Shown here: piece by piece, positions 10,535 to 20,976 of the stretch
Numbering within the stretch: position 1 is the stretch's first letter
Layout of the letters: each line of letters begins with the position of its first letter
DNA from: Spirochaetia bacterium
GTDB taxonomy: Bacteria > Spirochaetota > Spirochaetia > CAKZLE01
Assembly (NCBI GenBank): GCA_963677595.1
Contig: OY782041.1
Span: 3,648,001-3,712,000, forward strand
Length of the DNA: 64,000 bases
Reading direction: 5' to 3'
Position numbers and translations under genes: made by a program
The notes under the pieces: model-generated
Database searches by the model: none
Seen by the model: only the letters and a program-made list of their open reading frames with translations
What the model was told of the DNA's origin: nothing

Positions 10535-11082
10535 GGCCGTATACCCCCTGATGGGAAGGCTACCCTGATGCCGACCCCCGCGGAGACCGTGTGGTCGAGG
10601 TCCCTCCTGTAGTCATAGGATACCGGTATATCGAGGAAGATATCGAAGAGGGAATCACTGATGAGCCGGTAATAGGGTGTAAAGGAGGTCTCGAGATGGG
10701 CGAAGCGGACTGACGTGCCGGTGTAGGTGGAGTAGTGGGCATACAGCATGGTGTAGAAGCCGAATCGGTCACTGAAGAGCATGCCGGTTCCGAGGCCGAG
10801 GGAAATGGAGTTAAAGCCGCGCAGCTGGGTCGATGCGAAGAGAACCGTTGGGTCGGTCTTCCCGATGAGCAGCTCTGCCCTGAGGGCAAGGTCATCTATG
10901 AGGTAGACGGAGAGCCCCGCAGCTGCCTGCAGGCTCAGCTGATTGTCGAACTGGTAGCTGCCGAAGGTGTCGTCATAGCTCACGTAGCCCCTCGGCCTGA
11001 AGGAGAGATCATAGGAGACAGCACCCGAGGCCAGGGTCGAGACGGCAAGGAATATAAGCGACACAGCAACGATCCTTCTCAT
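10531..11082 (-). CDS. Secreted protein, probable small outer-membrane beta-barrel
   Basis: Signal peptide, alternating aromatic/polar beta strands, C-terminal SAGVGIRVAF; coupled to the caspase gene. Confidence 0.6.
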   Translation of the reverse strand: MRRIVAVSLIFLAVSTLASGAVSYDLSFRPRGYVSYDDTFGSYQFDNQLSLQAAAGLSVYLIDDLALRAELLIGKTDPTVLFASTQLRGFNSISLGLGTGMLFSDRFGFYTMLYAHYSTYTGTSVRFAHLETSFTPYYRLISDSLFDIFLDIPVSYDYRRDLDHTVSAGVGIRVAFPSGGIRP

Positions 11083-11299
11083 GACTTAAATATACGATGA
11101 AACGGGATGAAGAGAAAGCATCATCGACAAATAAATCTTTCCGTGTACCCCTCTTGCGGGGGGGGAGGTATTGTTGGTTGACAAAACATGGTATAGGGTA
11201 AGTATTTACATAGCATACGTGAGTATCATTCCAGCTTTTGCGATCTTCCTATATCCTCTAGACTAGTATACAAACAATCTAAGAGAGGAGATGTAATCT

Positions 11300-11533
11300 A
11301 TGAAGAAATCACATGTGACTATTGTCCTGATCCTTATGCTGGCCCTGATCCTCCTGGGCTCCTGTGCGACTGCGACGAACGTCCCGTACAACGCAACGCA
11401 GCAGCAGCTCGATGAGGTCATGGCACGGAACCTTGCAGCGACCGCGACGAATACCGCGACCCTGGCAGGCGTCCAGATCGCATCGATCATCATCGGGTTC
11501 TTCTCAGGGTTCCTCGCGACTGCGGCGCTCTGA
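11300..11533 (+). CDS. Small lipoprotein with C-terminal hydrophobic helix
   Basis: AGGAG RBS, MKK plus hydrophobic stretch plus LLGSC lipobox. Confidence 0.75.
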   Translation: MKKSHVTIVLILMLALILLGSCATATNVPYNATQQQLDEVMARNLAATATNTATLAGVQIASIIIGFFSGFLATAAL

Positions 11534-11535
11534 TC

Positions 11536-12495
11536 TCAAAGGTACTTCAGGGATGATCGAGCGACACTGAGGGTACAGCTCTGTCCATGCAGGAGTGATC
11601 GTGAACAGTAGGCGGTAATCGACTGCTCCCTGCAGCTGAAGGTGCAGGTATAATACTGGCCTGAGAACTCCTGGTAGGTGAGGACCGCCTCCGCGAAGTG
11701 AAGGTGGTCCTCACCGGCTGGTATCACGTCAATCTGGACGGATTCCGGCCGGAAGAAACAGATTTTCCCCTCATGTCGTATGATGTTCGATGCCCCGATG
11801 AACTCGGCTACGAACCGTGTCGCCGGCTGGTGGTAGATCTCCTCCGGGGTGCCGATCTGCTCGATACGACCGCCGTTCATGACGACGATCCGGTCGCTGA
11901 TGGCCAGGGCTTCCTCCTGGTCATGCGTCACATAGAGGGTGGTGAGCTCAAGTTCCCGGTGGATACGCTGGATCTCCTTGCGCAGGGAGATGCGCAGTTT
12001 CGCATCAAGTGCCGAGAGCGGTTCATCGAGCAGCAGGAGGTGCGGCTTCGGGGCGACGGCCCGAGCTAGGGCGATCCGCTGCTGTTCACCTCCTGAGAGG
12101 TTGGTGACATCCCGGCTGCCGTAGCCGTCGAGCTGGACGGTACCGAGGAGGGATTCCACCTCCCTGCGCATGAAGGAAGCTGATTTCCCGGCCAGCTTCA
12201 GGCCGTAGGCAATATTCTTCTGCACATCCATGTGGGGGAAGAGGGCATAGTTCTGGAAGACGAAGCCGATGTTCCGCTCCCAGACCGGCAGCGGGGAAAT
12301 ATCCTCCCCGTCGATCACGATCGTCCCGGAATCGGGTTCGATCAGCCCGGTGATCAGCGAGAGCGTGGTGCTCTTGCCGCAGCCGGAGGGGCCCACGATC
12401 GAGACAAGTTCCCCTGCATTGATCGTGAGGTCGATGGACAGCCCGAACTCAGGGTAGCTCTTCTTCAGGTTCTGTATGGAAATATACTCGTTCAT
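11536..12495 (-). CDS. ABC transporter ATP-binding protein (thiamine uptake, ThiQ-like)
   Basis: [17 protein letters not shown] and LLLDEPLS; last gene of the TPP-riboswitch operon. Confidence 0.9.
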   Translation of the reverse strand: MNEYISIQNLKKSYPEFGLSIDLTINAGELVSIVGPSGCGKSTTLSLITGLIEPDSGTIVIDGEDISPLPVWERNIGFVFQNYALFPHMDVQKNIAYGLKLAGKSASFMRREVESLLGTVQLDGYGSRDVTNLSGGEQQRIALARAVAPKPHLLLLDEPLSALDAKLRISLRKEIQRIHRELELTTLYVTHDQEEALAISDRIVVMNGGRIEQIGTPEEIYHQPATRFVAEFIGASNIIRHEGKICFFRPESVQIDVIPAGEDHLHFAEAVLTYQEFSGQYYTCTFSCREQSITAYCSRSLLHGQSCTLSVARSSLKYL

Positions 12496-14180
12496 AATCG
12501 TCTCTCCCCGATGCTGTTGGTCGCCGTGAATAACAGGAGGCAGATGAGCATCAGCAGGGTACCCAGTGCACAGGCCCCGTAGAAGTTATAGGAACCGATC
12601 AGCCGGTAGAGGAGGATCGGGATGGTCGTCACCTGTGAATCAGAGAGCATGAGGGCTGCGTTCATCTCACCGATGGAGATGGCGAAGACGAAGATCGCCC
12701 CTGAGGTGATGGAGAGCTTGAGCAGCGGCAGCTGTATATGGAGGAACGACTTCAGCGGAGTCGCACCGAGTACCAGGGCCGCCGGGGTATAGACCGAGTC
12801 GATCTTCCGGTAGGCCGGCAGGACCGATCGTATCATATAGGGGGTGCCGATCACGAGGTGCGCCCCGATGATCATCGGGAAGGCAATGGTATCGACGGTG
12901 AATCTCGTCGCGATGATCACGTAGCCGAGACCGATGATGACCGAGGAGACTGCCATGGGAAGCATGAAGAAGGTCTCTGCCGCGATGCTCAGGCGCCTGC
13001 GGAGCCTGAGCAGCAGGGTGGAGAGGCTCAACGAAAGCGGGACAGCCAGGACCGCGACGATTGCTGCGATCGAGATGCTGGTGAGCACAGCATCCCCGGC
13101 ACCGGTGAAGAACCTGCTCGTGGACCTGATCCCGAGGATCTCGAGGTACCAGCGGAAGGTGAAGTCCGTCTCTCCCGTCCTGCGCAGCGGTTCCTGGAAG
13201 GAGCGGAAGATGATGGAGAGCAGCGGGGCGATCACGAGGATGAGAAGGACGATGATGTAGAGCGTCATGAACACCTTCGTAGTCCTGCCTGCCCTGCGCT
13301 GCGGCAGGCCGCGGGAGACTACCCCCATGCCTCGCTGCATCCAGTGCTGAGACATGATGTAGATGACGAGCACCCCCGCAGAGATGGCGAGCGAGAAGAG
13401 CGCGAAGGCTGCAGCCTGGGGAATGTCGAACTGCATCCTGGCAAGCTGGTAGGTCTGCACCTCGAGGGTCGTGAACTTCGGTCCCCCGCCAAGCACGAGG
13501 ATGATCGAGAAGCTGGTGAAGCAGAAGAGGAAGATCATGGAGGCAGCTGCCGTTACTGCGGGGATGAGCCTCGGGAGCGTGATCGTCCTGAAGACCGTCC
13601 TCGGCGGTGCGCCGAGCGTCAGGGCGGCTGATTCTTCCCGGTTGTCGAGTTGCTGCCAGTAGGCGGAGATCATGCTCAGGGAGATCGGGAAGTTATAGAA
13701 GGTATGTGCCCCGATGATGGCCTTGAACGAGTAGAGCAGCTTCAGGGGCGGTTCTTCGAGGTCGAAGAGGGCCTGCAGCATCCTGTTGAGCACGCCGCTG
13801 TGCCCGAAGAAGATGACGAAACCCAGCACGACCAGGATAGAGGGCAGGACATAGGGAATGAGAGCCAGAGACCGGATGAGGTTCCTGCCCCTGAACTCGT
13901 AATGGGAGAGCAGGTATGCCCCGGGCAGGCCGAGCAGGAGGGCGCCGATGGTGCTTACCAGGGCCTGTAAGAAGGTGAAGCCTGCTATCCTCCAGCTATA
14001 AGAGTCCTGGAGGACAGCAGTGATACTATGGAGTGTGAGACCCCCGTCGGCAGACCTGAAGGCCTCGATGAGGATCGTGGCGACAGGCAGGATGAACAGC
14101 CCGATCATAAGCACGAGCCCGGGCAGGGCGGCTGCAGTAGTGCCTGCCCTGAAGTATGACCTCCTGTCCATCCGTCCCAT
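12492..14180 (-). CDS. thiP: Thiamine ABC transporter permease (duplicated ThiP/FbpB-type)
   Basis: Two EAA-like loops (EESAALTLGA, AALVLGA), AHTFYNFP and ILVLGGGPKFTTLEV. Confidence 0.88.
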   Translation of the reverse strand: MGRMDRRSYFRAGTTAAALPGLVLMIGLFILPVATILIEAFRSADGGLTLHSITAVLQDSYSWRIAGFTFLQALVSTIGALLLGLPGAYLLSHYEFRGRNLIRSLALIPYVLPSILVVLGFVIFFGHSGVLNRMLQALFDLEEPPLKLLYSFKAIIGAHTFYNFPISLSMISAYWQQLDNREESAALTLGAPPRTVFRTITLPRLIPAVTAAASMIFLFCFTSFSIILVLGGGPKFTTLEVQTYQLARMQFDIPQAAAFALFSLAISAGVLVIYIMSQHWMQRGMGVVSRGLPQRRAGRTTKVFMTLYIIVLLILVIAPLLSIIFRSFQEPLRRTGETDFTFRWYLEILGIRSTSRFFTGAGDAVLTSISIAAIVAVLAVPLSLSLSTLLLRLRRRLSIAAETFFMLPMAVSSVIIGLGYVIIATRFTVDTIAFPMIIGAHLVIGTPYMIRSVLPAYRKIDSVYTPAALVLGATPLKSFLHIQLPLLKLSITSGAIFVFAISIGEMNAALMLSDSQVTTIPILLYRLIGSYNFYGACALGTLLMLICLLLFTATNSIGERRL

Positions 14181-15212
14181 CTACCTGCTCATCAGCTTCG
14201 TCCAGTCCTCGAGCCAGGAATCGAGCTCAGCAGTGATCTGCCCTGATTCCAGCGTCAGCATGGACGGCGGCATGGGTGCGAAGTCATAGGATGCCGGCAG
14301 GGTGATGCCGGAGTGGGTAGGGTACATCCAGTTGGTGAGCGGGATCATATCCTGAGCCTCGGCTGAGAGCATATAATCGATGAACTGTTTCGCACCATCT
14401 TCATTCGGTGCGCCGTTCACGAGCGATACGCCCTCGATCTGCAGGTAGTGGCCTGCAGGGAAGATCGCTGCCTGGTAGCGTTCGGTCTCCTCGTACTCGA
14501 CATGGTAGGCTGGGCTGGTGGTGTAGCTTAAGACCATGGGAGCCTCACCGCTGGTGAAGAGCCCGTAGCCGGTATCCCAGCCGTCAGTGACGGTAAGGAG
14601 TGACGGCTTGAGCCGTTCCCAGTACGCGGCAGTATCGTCACCATATTCGGCGATCGTCCAGAGGAGGAAGCCGAGACCGGGGGACGAGGTCCTCGGGTCC
14701 ATGATGATCAGCTTATCCTCGTACTTCGGGTCCGTGAGGTCCTCGAGCGAGGTTGGCGGATCGGAGATGACCTCGGTATTGTATATGATGGAGAAGAATC
14801 CGTAATCGAAGGGCAGCACATGGTTCGTCCCATCGAAGAGGAGCTCCCCGTCGATGTTCCCAAGTTCAGGGGACCCATAGGCAGAGAAGACGTTCTCGCT
14901 CAGTGCCTTGTAGAGCAGGTTATTGTCCACCCCGACGAGGACATCGGCCTTCGGTGCGGCTTTCTCGAGGATCGCCCGCTGCAGGACCTGCCCGCTGTCG
15001 CCGGCAGCGACAAGGTTGACCTCGATCCCGGTAGCCTTGGTGAACCCCTCGGCGATCACCGGTCCGGGCCCCCATTCGGATACGAACGAGTCGTACGCAT
15101 AGACAGTGACGACTTCCGGTTCTTGTGAGACAGGCTTCTCCTGCACTCCTCCCGCATAGAGGGAAGAAGAGGCAATAAGCACCGTCAACAGCATGAAAAG
15201 CATTCGTTTCAT
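14181..15212 (-). CDS. thiB: Thiamine ABC transporter substrate-binding protein
   Basis: VYAYDSFVSEWGPGP, DPRTSSPGLGFL and VLSYTTSPAYH. Start moved to MKRMLF at 15212 after an AGGAG RBS. Confidence 0.92.
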   Translation of the reverse strand: MKRMLFMLLTVLIASSSLYAGGVQEKPVSQEPEVVTVYAYDSFVSEWGPGPVIAEGFTKATGIEVNLVAAGDSGQVLQRAILEKAAPKADVLVGVDNNLLYKALSENVFSAYGSPELGNIDGELLFDGTNHVLPFDYGFFSIIYNTEVISDPPTSLEDLTDPKYEDKLIIMDPRTSSPGLGFLLWTIAEYGDDTAAYWERLKPSLLTVTDGWDTGYGLFTSGEAPMVLSYTTSPAYHVEYEETERYQAAIFPAGHYLQIEGVSLVNGAPNEDGAKQFIDYMLSAEAQDMIPLTNWMYPTHSGITLPASYDFAPMPPSMLTLESGQITAELDSWLEDWTKLMSR

Positions 15213-15267
15213 AGAAACTCCTAACGTGTGTATTTGCCTGTGGGGATAGTATGTGAGAATTGTAACA

Positions 15268-15352
15268 GAGTCGTTTCCCTTCGCTGGAATTACCCAGATC
15301 AGGTTCAACGGGTGTAATCTCAGGTCCTTCACAGAGGACCACCCCAAGACAT
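15268..15352 (-). ncRNA. TPP riboswitch
   Basis: Minus strand GGGGTG-GTCCTCTGTGAAGGAC-CTGAGATTACACCCGTTGAACCTGATCTGGGTAATTCCAGCGAAGGGAA matches the THI-box core (CTGAGA, ACCTGATC, AGCGAAGGG), upstream of thiB. Ends approximate. Confidence 0.95.
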
Positions 15353-15393
15353 GACTACTCTACGGATTTACTGAGAAGATGTCAAGAGACCGT

Positions 15394-17181
15394 CTAGCCC
15401 TGTCTCTTCGGGAACGTGAGAGTGAAGGTAGTCCCTTCTCCCTCAGCACTCTCGACGCTGACCGTGCCGTTATGCTGCATGACGATGTGCTTGACGATGG
15501 AGAGCCCGAGTCCGGTGCCGCCCTTGTCCCGGCTTCGTCCTTTGTCGACCCGGTAGAACCGCTCGAAGATGCGGTCGATGGCCGCCTGGGGGATGCCGTA
15601 GCCGCGGTCGATGACATCGATGCGGACATCGGCGTCGCTCTCGCTGCAGCGTATGGTCACGGGTTTATCCTCGTCGCTGTATTTGAGGGCATTGTCGATG
15701 AGGTTGATCACCGTTTGCTCAATCAGCAGGGAATTCCCCATGATGGAGAGCCCCTCTGCACATTCGATCTTCACCGTCCGCTGCTCATTGCCCGGTTTCT
15801 CCCGGCAGATCTGGACCGATTCGCTGATGATGCGGTGCATCTCGATCGGCAGGAAGTCGTGGGTACGGTCATGGGACTGCTCGAGACGCGAGAGGGTGAG
15901 CAGGTCCTCGATGATCGCCTGCAGCCGCTCGGTCTGGCTCTGGATGATCTTGATGAACCGGCGGTTCTTCTCCTCATCGACGGAGAGGTCGCTGTAGAGC
16001 AGGGTCTCCGCGAACCCCTTGATCGAGGTCACCGGGGTCTTGAGCTCATGGGAGACGTTGGCCACGAAGTCACGCCTGACCTTCTCGAGGTGCATGAGCG
16101 TGGTGATGTCATTGAGTACGAGCAGGATGTTCTGCTGCTCGAGATCTACCCCGATCCTTGAGAGGTGGACCTGGTAGTAATGGTCGAACATCTGGACCTT
16201 GATCTCATTCGGTTCTATCGGTTCATCCTGTGAATCGAGTGCATCCTCGACGATCTCGTTGAGTTCGCTGTTACGCAGGACCTGGAGGTAGAACTTCCCG
16301 TGGAGGGAATCCTTCACCCCGCTGCCGAAGGCTTCCTCGGAGGCCGGGTTGCTGTCTATGATCTCCCCGTGGTGGTTGAGGACAATGACCGCCTCACGCA
16401 TGCCGTCGAGAATGACCTGCAGCTCCTCGCGCTGCCGCTCGATATCGTCGATCTGCTCGTTGATCTTCTTCGCCATATGCCGCATAGCCGTGAAGACCTC
16501 CTGGATCTCAGCGGCACGAGAGACCACGAAGGTCTCAGTGGAGAAGTCGAGCGAGCTGTAGAGCTTGGCCGTCTCGGCAAGCTGGTCAAGCGGCTGCTCG
16601 AGCTTGCTGCGAAGGAAGAAGAAGAGGAGTGCCGACAGGACGATGAAGATGACCGCCCAGATCGTGATGTAGATGTAGATGGAGCGGTAGGCTGCCCTGA
16701 GCTCGGTGTAGGGCAGGGCTACCCTCAGGACATGCTGGACGCCGTTGATCTTCCGGTTCATCAGCTTCGCGTAATAGAGCAGGTCCACGTTCAGGGTGGT
16801 GCTGTGCCGTATGATCGAGTTGTTCACCAGGTTGAACGCCTTGTATATCTCCGGCCTGGTGCTGTGGTTGTTCATGAGTGAGGGGTCCTGCTCGGTGTCG
16901 AGCACAACGACCCCGTCAGGACGGATGATCGTGATACGGGTACTGGAGGAGGCTGTCACAGCATTGAGGTCGGCCTGGAGCGTCTTGAAGTCAACATTCT
17001 CAAGCTGGTAGATGTGGTTCTCCACCAGGGTGAGGACCTCTTTCAGGTTATTCTCACTCTGGCGGTAGATGTACTGCCGTGATACGAAGGTGGCGAAGAA
17101 GGTGAAGACCGCCAATATAAGGAACATGATGATGGCTATGCGCGGGTAGATGATCTTTCTCAGCGGTTTTGAGTCCCTCAT
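15394..17181 (-). CDS. phoR: Phosphate regulon sensor histidine kinase
   Basis: Two TM segments, HAMP, PAS, DFVANVSHELKTP, NLIDNALKY and FYRVDKGRSRDKGGTGLGL; located in the pst cluster. Confidence 0.92.
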   Translation of the reverse strand: MRDSKPLRKIIYPRIAIIMFLILAVFTFFATFVSRQYIYRQSENNLKEVLTLVENHIYQLENVDFKTLQADLNAVTASSSTRITIIRPDGVVVLDTEQDPSLMNNHSTRPEIYKAFNLVNNSIIRHSTTLNVDLLYYAKLMNRKINGVQHVLRVALPYTELRAAYRSIYIYITIWAVIFIVLSALLFFFLRSKLEQPLDQLAETAKLYSSLDFSTETFVVSRAAEIQEVFTAMRHMAKKINEQIDDIERQREELQVILDGMREAVIVLNHHGEIIDSNPASEEAFGSGVKDSLHGKFYLQVLRNSELNEIVEDALDSQDEPIEPNEIKVQMFDHYYQVHLSRIGVDLEQQNILLVLNDITTLMHLEKVRRDFVANVSHELKTPVTSIKGFAETLLYSDLSVDEEKNRRFIKIIQSQTERLQAIIEDLLTLSRLEQSHDRTHDFLPIEMHRIISESVQICREKPGNEQRTVKIECAEGLSIMGNSLLIEQTVINLIDNALKYSDEDKPVTIRCSESDADVRIDVIDRGYGIPQAAIDRIFERFYRVDKGRSRDKGGTGLGLSIVKHIVMQHNGTVSVESAEGEGTTFTLTFPKRQG

Positions 17182-17184
17182 TCG

Positions 17185-17871
17185 CTATGCCTCCTCGACC
17201 AGCCGGTAGCCGATGCCGCGGACCGTCTCGATGACTGATCCCTTTTCACCGAGTTTCTTTCGCAGGGCCAGGATCTGGACATCGACCGACCGCTCGGTCA
17301 CCGGGTAGTCATTGCCCTTGACCGACTCGATGATCTGTCCTCGAGAGAAGACCCAGCCGGGGTTGCGCATGAGGAACTCGAGGATCCCGAACTCCGTGAC
17401 GCTCAGGTCTAGGGGTTCCCCGTCCATGGTCACATGGTGCCGTGCCGGGTCGAGGGAGATCCCGTGGATCGAGACCCGCTTCAGGACGGTGTTCAGAATA
17501 GAGGACTTCTTGTTGCGCCGCAGGACCGCACGGATACGGGCTATGAGCACACGCGGGCTGAACGGCTTCGTGATGTAGTCATCTGCTCCCATCTCGAGCC
17601 CCAGGATGATGTCGGAGTCCTCGCTCTTCGCGGTGACCATCAGGATGGGGATCTCGTAGGAGGAGAGGGCTTTGCAGACCTCGATACCGTCAATGCCGGG
17701 AAGCATGAGGTCCAGGATGATCAGCTCGGGCTTGTGGTGCTGGGTCATGGAGAGCGCCTCTTCCCCGGTAGCCGCCGACATCACGGTATAGCCCTCACGT
17801 TCCAGGTTGAATTGTATCAGTTCTCGAATATCTGCCTCGTCATCTACGACGAGGATCATCTCTTTAGCCAT
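17185..17871 (-). CDS. phoB: OmpR/PhoB-family response regulator
   Basis: Receiver domain (ILVVDDE, ILDLMLP, ITKPFS) plus winged helix (ERSVDVQI, IETVRGIGY). Confidence 0.92.
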   Translation of the reverse strand: MAKEMILVVDDEADIRELIQFNLEREGYTVMSAATGEEALSMTQHHKPELIILDLMLPGIDGIEVCKALSSYEIPILMVTAKSEDSDIILGLEMGADDYITKPFSPRVLIARIRAVLRRNKKSSILNTVLKRVSIHGISLDPARHHVTMDGEPLDLSVTEFGILEFLMRNPGWVFSRGQIIESVKGNDYPVTERSVDVQILALRKKLGEKGSVIETVRGIGYRLVEEA

Positions 17872-17890
17872 GATATACCTCGTTGGAATA

Positions 17891-18550
17891 TTATAAGTTT
17901 AACTCGACATGCTCGCCTTTGCAATCATACACGATCCACTCGCAGATGTTGGTCACATGGTCGGCGAACCGCTCGAGCCATCGGGTGATGAACATGAGGA
18001 TGCTGATCTGCGGGAGGTTCTTCGCATCATCAAGCATGTAGGTGATGAGCTCCCGGTTGATCTGGTTGCGCAGGTTGTCTACCTTGTCATCCTCTGCCGC
18101 GATCTTCCGAGCCGCCTTGTCGTCAGATTCTGAGAAGGCAGAGAGCGCGTTATGGAGCATCTCCACCCCGATGACCGCCATCTGGGGCAGGTCGATGAGT
18201 GGTTTGACATACTGCTGGTCGGCGATCTCGAGGGTGCTCTTCGCGATGTGCACCGCGTGGTCACCCATCCGCTCGAGCTGGGTCACGATCTTCAGCGAGG
18301 TGATCGCGTGGCGCAGGTCGCCTGCCACCGGCTGCTCGGTCGCGATCAGCAGGGTGATGTCATCCTGGATGGTGAGTTCGAGCTTGTTGATGACCTCATC
18401 CTCGCTGATGATCATCTGTGCGAGGGTCTTGTCCTTCTCGACGAGTGCCTTGATGCACTTCTGTACTGCCTCTTCGACATAGGTCCCCATCATGAGGATC
18501 TTTCGGTCGATATCTGAAATCTTGTCACTGTAATGGTGTCTCTGTACCAT
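17891..18550 (-). CDS. phoU: Phosphate signalling protein PhoU
   Basis: QPVAGDLR, LERMGDHA and LERFADHVTNICEW. Start chosen at the ATG at 18550 after AGGAG; the track start is 18589. Confidence 0.95.
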   Translation of the reverse strand: MVQRHHYSDKISDIDRKILMMGTYVEEAVQKCIKALVEKDKTLAQMIISEDEVINKLELTIQDDITLLIATEQPVAGDLRHAITSLKIVTQLERMGDHAVHIAKSTLEIADQQYVKPLIDLPQMAVIGVEMLHNALSAFSESDDKAARKIAAEDDKVDNLRNQINRELITYMLDDAKNLPQISILMFITRWLERFADHVTNICEWIVYDCKGEHVELNL

Positions 18551-18585
18551 GGTATGTTCTCCTTGTCCTCTTCGCTGTCTCTCGA

Positions 18586-19350
<765 letters not shown>

Positions 19351-19353
19351 TGA

Positions 19354-20976
19354 TTAACTCCTTTGCTGTTTGCTGATCCTGCCGATCATAGTATTGGTAC
19401 CGTAGTTGACTAAGAGGATCATGAAGATCAACACTGTCGCGGTCGCGAACGATCTCTCGAAGGAGATGGCTTCCGCGAACAGGTTGTAGATATGAAGCGA
19501 CAATACACGTGCCGATGATTTCGGCCCTGATACCAGCTCGTAGTTCGAACCCAGGGTATAGATGAGGACTGCCGTCTCCCCGATGACCCTTCCCATGGCG
19601 AGGATGATCCCGCTCAGGATACCGGGAGAGGCTGCGGGGAGGACGACCTTGTAGATCGTCTTCAGCTTGGTTGCCCCCAAAGCCAGAGAACCCTCCCGGT
19701 AGGTGTTGGGAACCGACTTGAGCGCCTCCTCCGAGGTCCTGATGATCGTCGGGAGGATCATCAGCGTCACGGTGAGGGTGGCGGAGATGAACCCGATCCC
19801 GAGGTTCAGTACCCCGACGAAGAAGATGTAGCCGAACAGCCCGAAGACGATGGAGGGGATGCCTGCCAGGGTCTCGGTCCCGAGGCGGAGAAGCTTGATG
19901 AACCTGTTCTGTGCGGAGTACTCAACCAGGTAGACGGCAGCCATGACCCCGATCGGCGTGGAGAAGAGCAGGGTCGCCAGGATCAGGACGAAGGTGTTGA
20001 TGATGATGGTAGAGATACCGCCCCAGGCCCCGGAGCGTGCCGGTTCCTCGATGAGGTAGTGGATCGTCAGGTTGGCCTTCACCTCATGGGTCTTGATCTC
20101 GAGGAAGTTTAAGTCCTGTTCGACCATGTCGATATGGGTGACCCTCGCGATGGCCCCCGGGGTCGTCTCCAGGGCTGTGAGGAAGGCTTCCTTGTCGGTG
20201 TACACCTGTGCGGTGCTGCCTTCCTGGGCGGTGAGTCCCTCGTAGACGCTCCCGTCAGCATACATGAGCGGGACGACCGGCAGGTCGTAGCCGCCGACCT
20301 CTGACCAGTTGGTGTAGGTCCCATCGAAGAGGCTGTCGATCTCATCGGAAGCGATCTCACGCAGCTGCTGGTTGTCGACGATGTTCATGACCGAGCTGTT
20401 GACCGCAAGGCTGACCCTCCGGACGCCCACGACCCGGACAGCCTTCAGCTGCTCCTCGGTGAACATCCCGGCCGGCACCAGCCCGACGGCACCTTCCACA
20501 TTGGCGATGTAATCGAGGGCTTCCTGCGGGGTCTTCACGTAGGAGACATAGTCACCGAGCTCATCGTCATCTGCAGTCGTCACCAGAGCCGATGCTGAGT
20601 CAAAGTACCCGGTCCCCTCTGCGTACATGAAGGGCCAGATCTTCAGGTTCTGCGTCGTGATATCGCCCCAGTTGTGCTGTCGTCGCTTGGTGAACATCTC
20701 GACGATGTCAGTCTCGAGTATCTCCTTGACCCGCACCTTGTCGTGTGTGATCAGGAGGTAGGGGGTATCAGGGTACTCCTCTGAGATCAGGGTCTCCACC
20801 GTATGGGGCGTGACATCGTAGTTGTTGTCCCCGATGGTCACGAAGCCCTTGAAGAGGACGTATCCCACGATCCATACAAGCACCAGGAGGGTGAAGGCGA
20901 CGAAGACGTAGACGACACCCTTGGCTATCTTCTCATTCCGTTTCGAACGGATGGTCGATGGTTGTAGCTGCATCAT
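19354..20976 (-). CDS. pstA: Phosphate ABC transporter permease PstA with large periplasmic insertion
   Basis: LAGIPSIVFGLFG, EGSLALGAT and GETAVL; about 270 extra aa after the first TM segment. Confidence 0.92.
   Translation of the reverse strand: MMQLQPSTIRSKRNEKIAKGVVYVFVAFTLLVLVWIVGYVLFKGFVTIGDNNYDVTPHTVETLISEEYPDTPYLLITHDKVRVKEILETDIVEMFTKRRQHNWGDITTQNLKIWPFMYAEGTGYFDSASALVTTADDDELGDYVSYVKTPQEALDYIANVEGAVGLVPAGMFTEEQLKAVRVVGVRRVSLAVNSSVMNIVDNQQLREIASDEIDSLFDGTYTNWSEVGGYDLPVVPLMYADGSVYEGLTAQEGSTAQVYTDKEAFLTALETTPGAIARVTHIDMVEQDLNFLEIKTHEVKANLTIHYLIEEPARSGAWGGISTIIINTFVLILATLLFSTPIGVMAAVYLVEYSAQNRFIKLLRLGTETLAGIPSIVFGLFGYIFFVGVLNLGIGFISATLTVTLMILPTIIRTSEEALKSVPNTYREGSLALGATKLKTIYKVVLPAASPGILSGIILAMGRVIGETAVLIYTLGSNYELVSGPKSSARVLSLHIYNLFAEAISFERSFATATVLIFMILLVNYGTNTMIGRISKQQRS

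Noticed and set aside
15213-15347. N-terminal extension of thiB in the track
   Set aside because: It runs through the TPP riboswitch; the signal peptide and RBS indicate a start at 15212.
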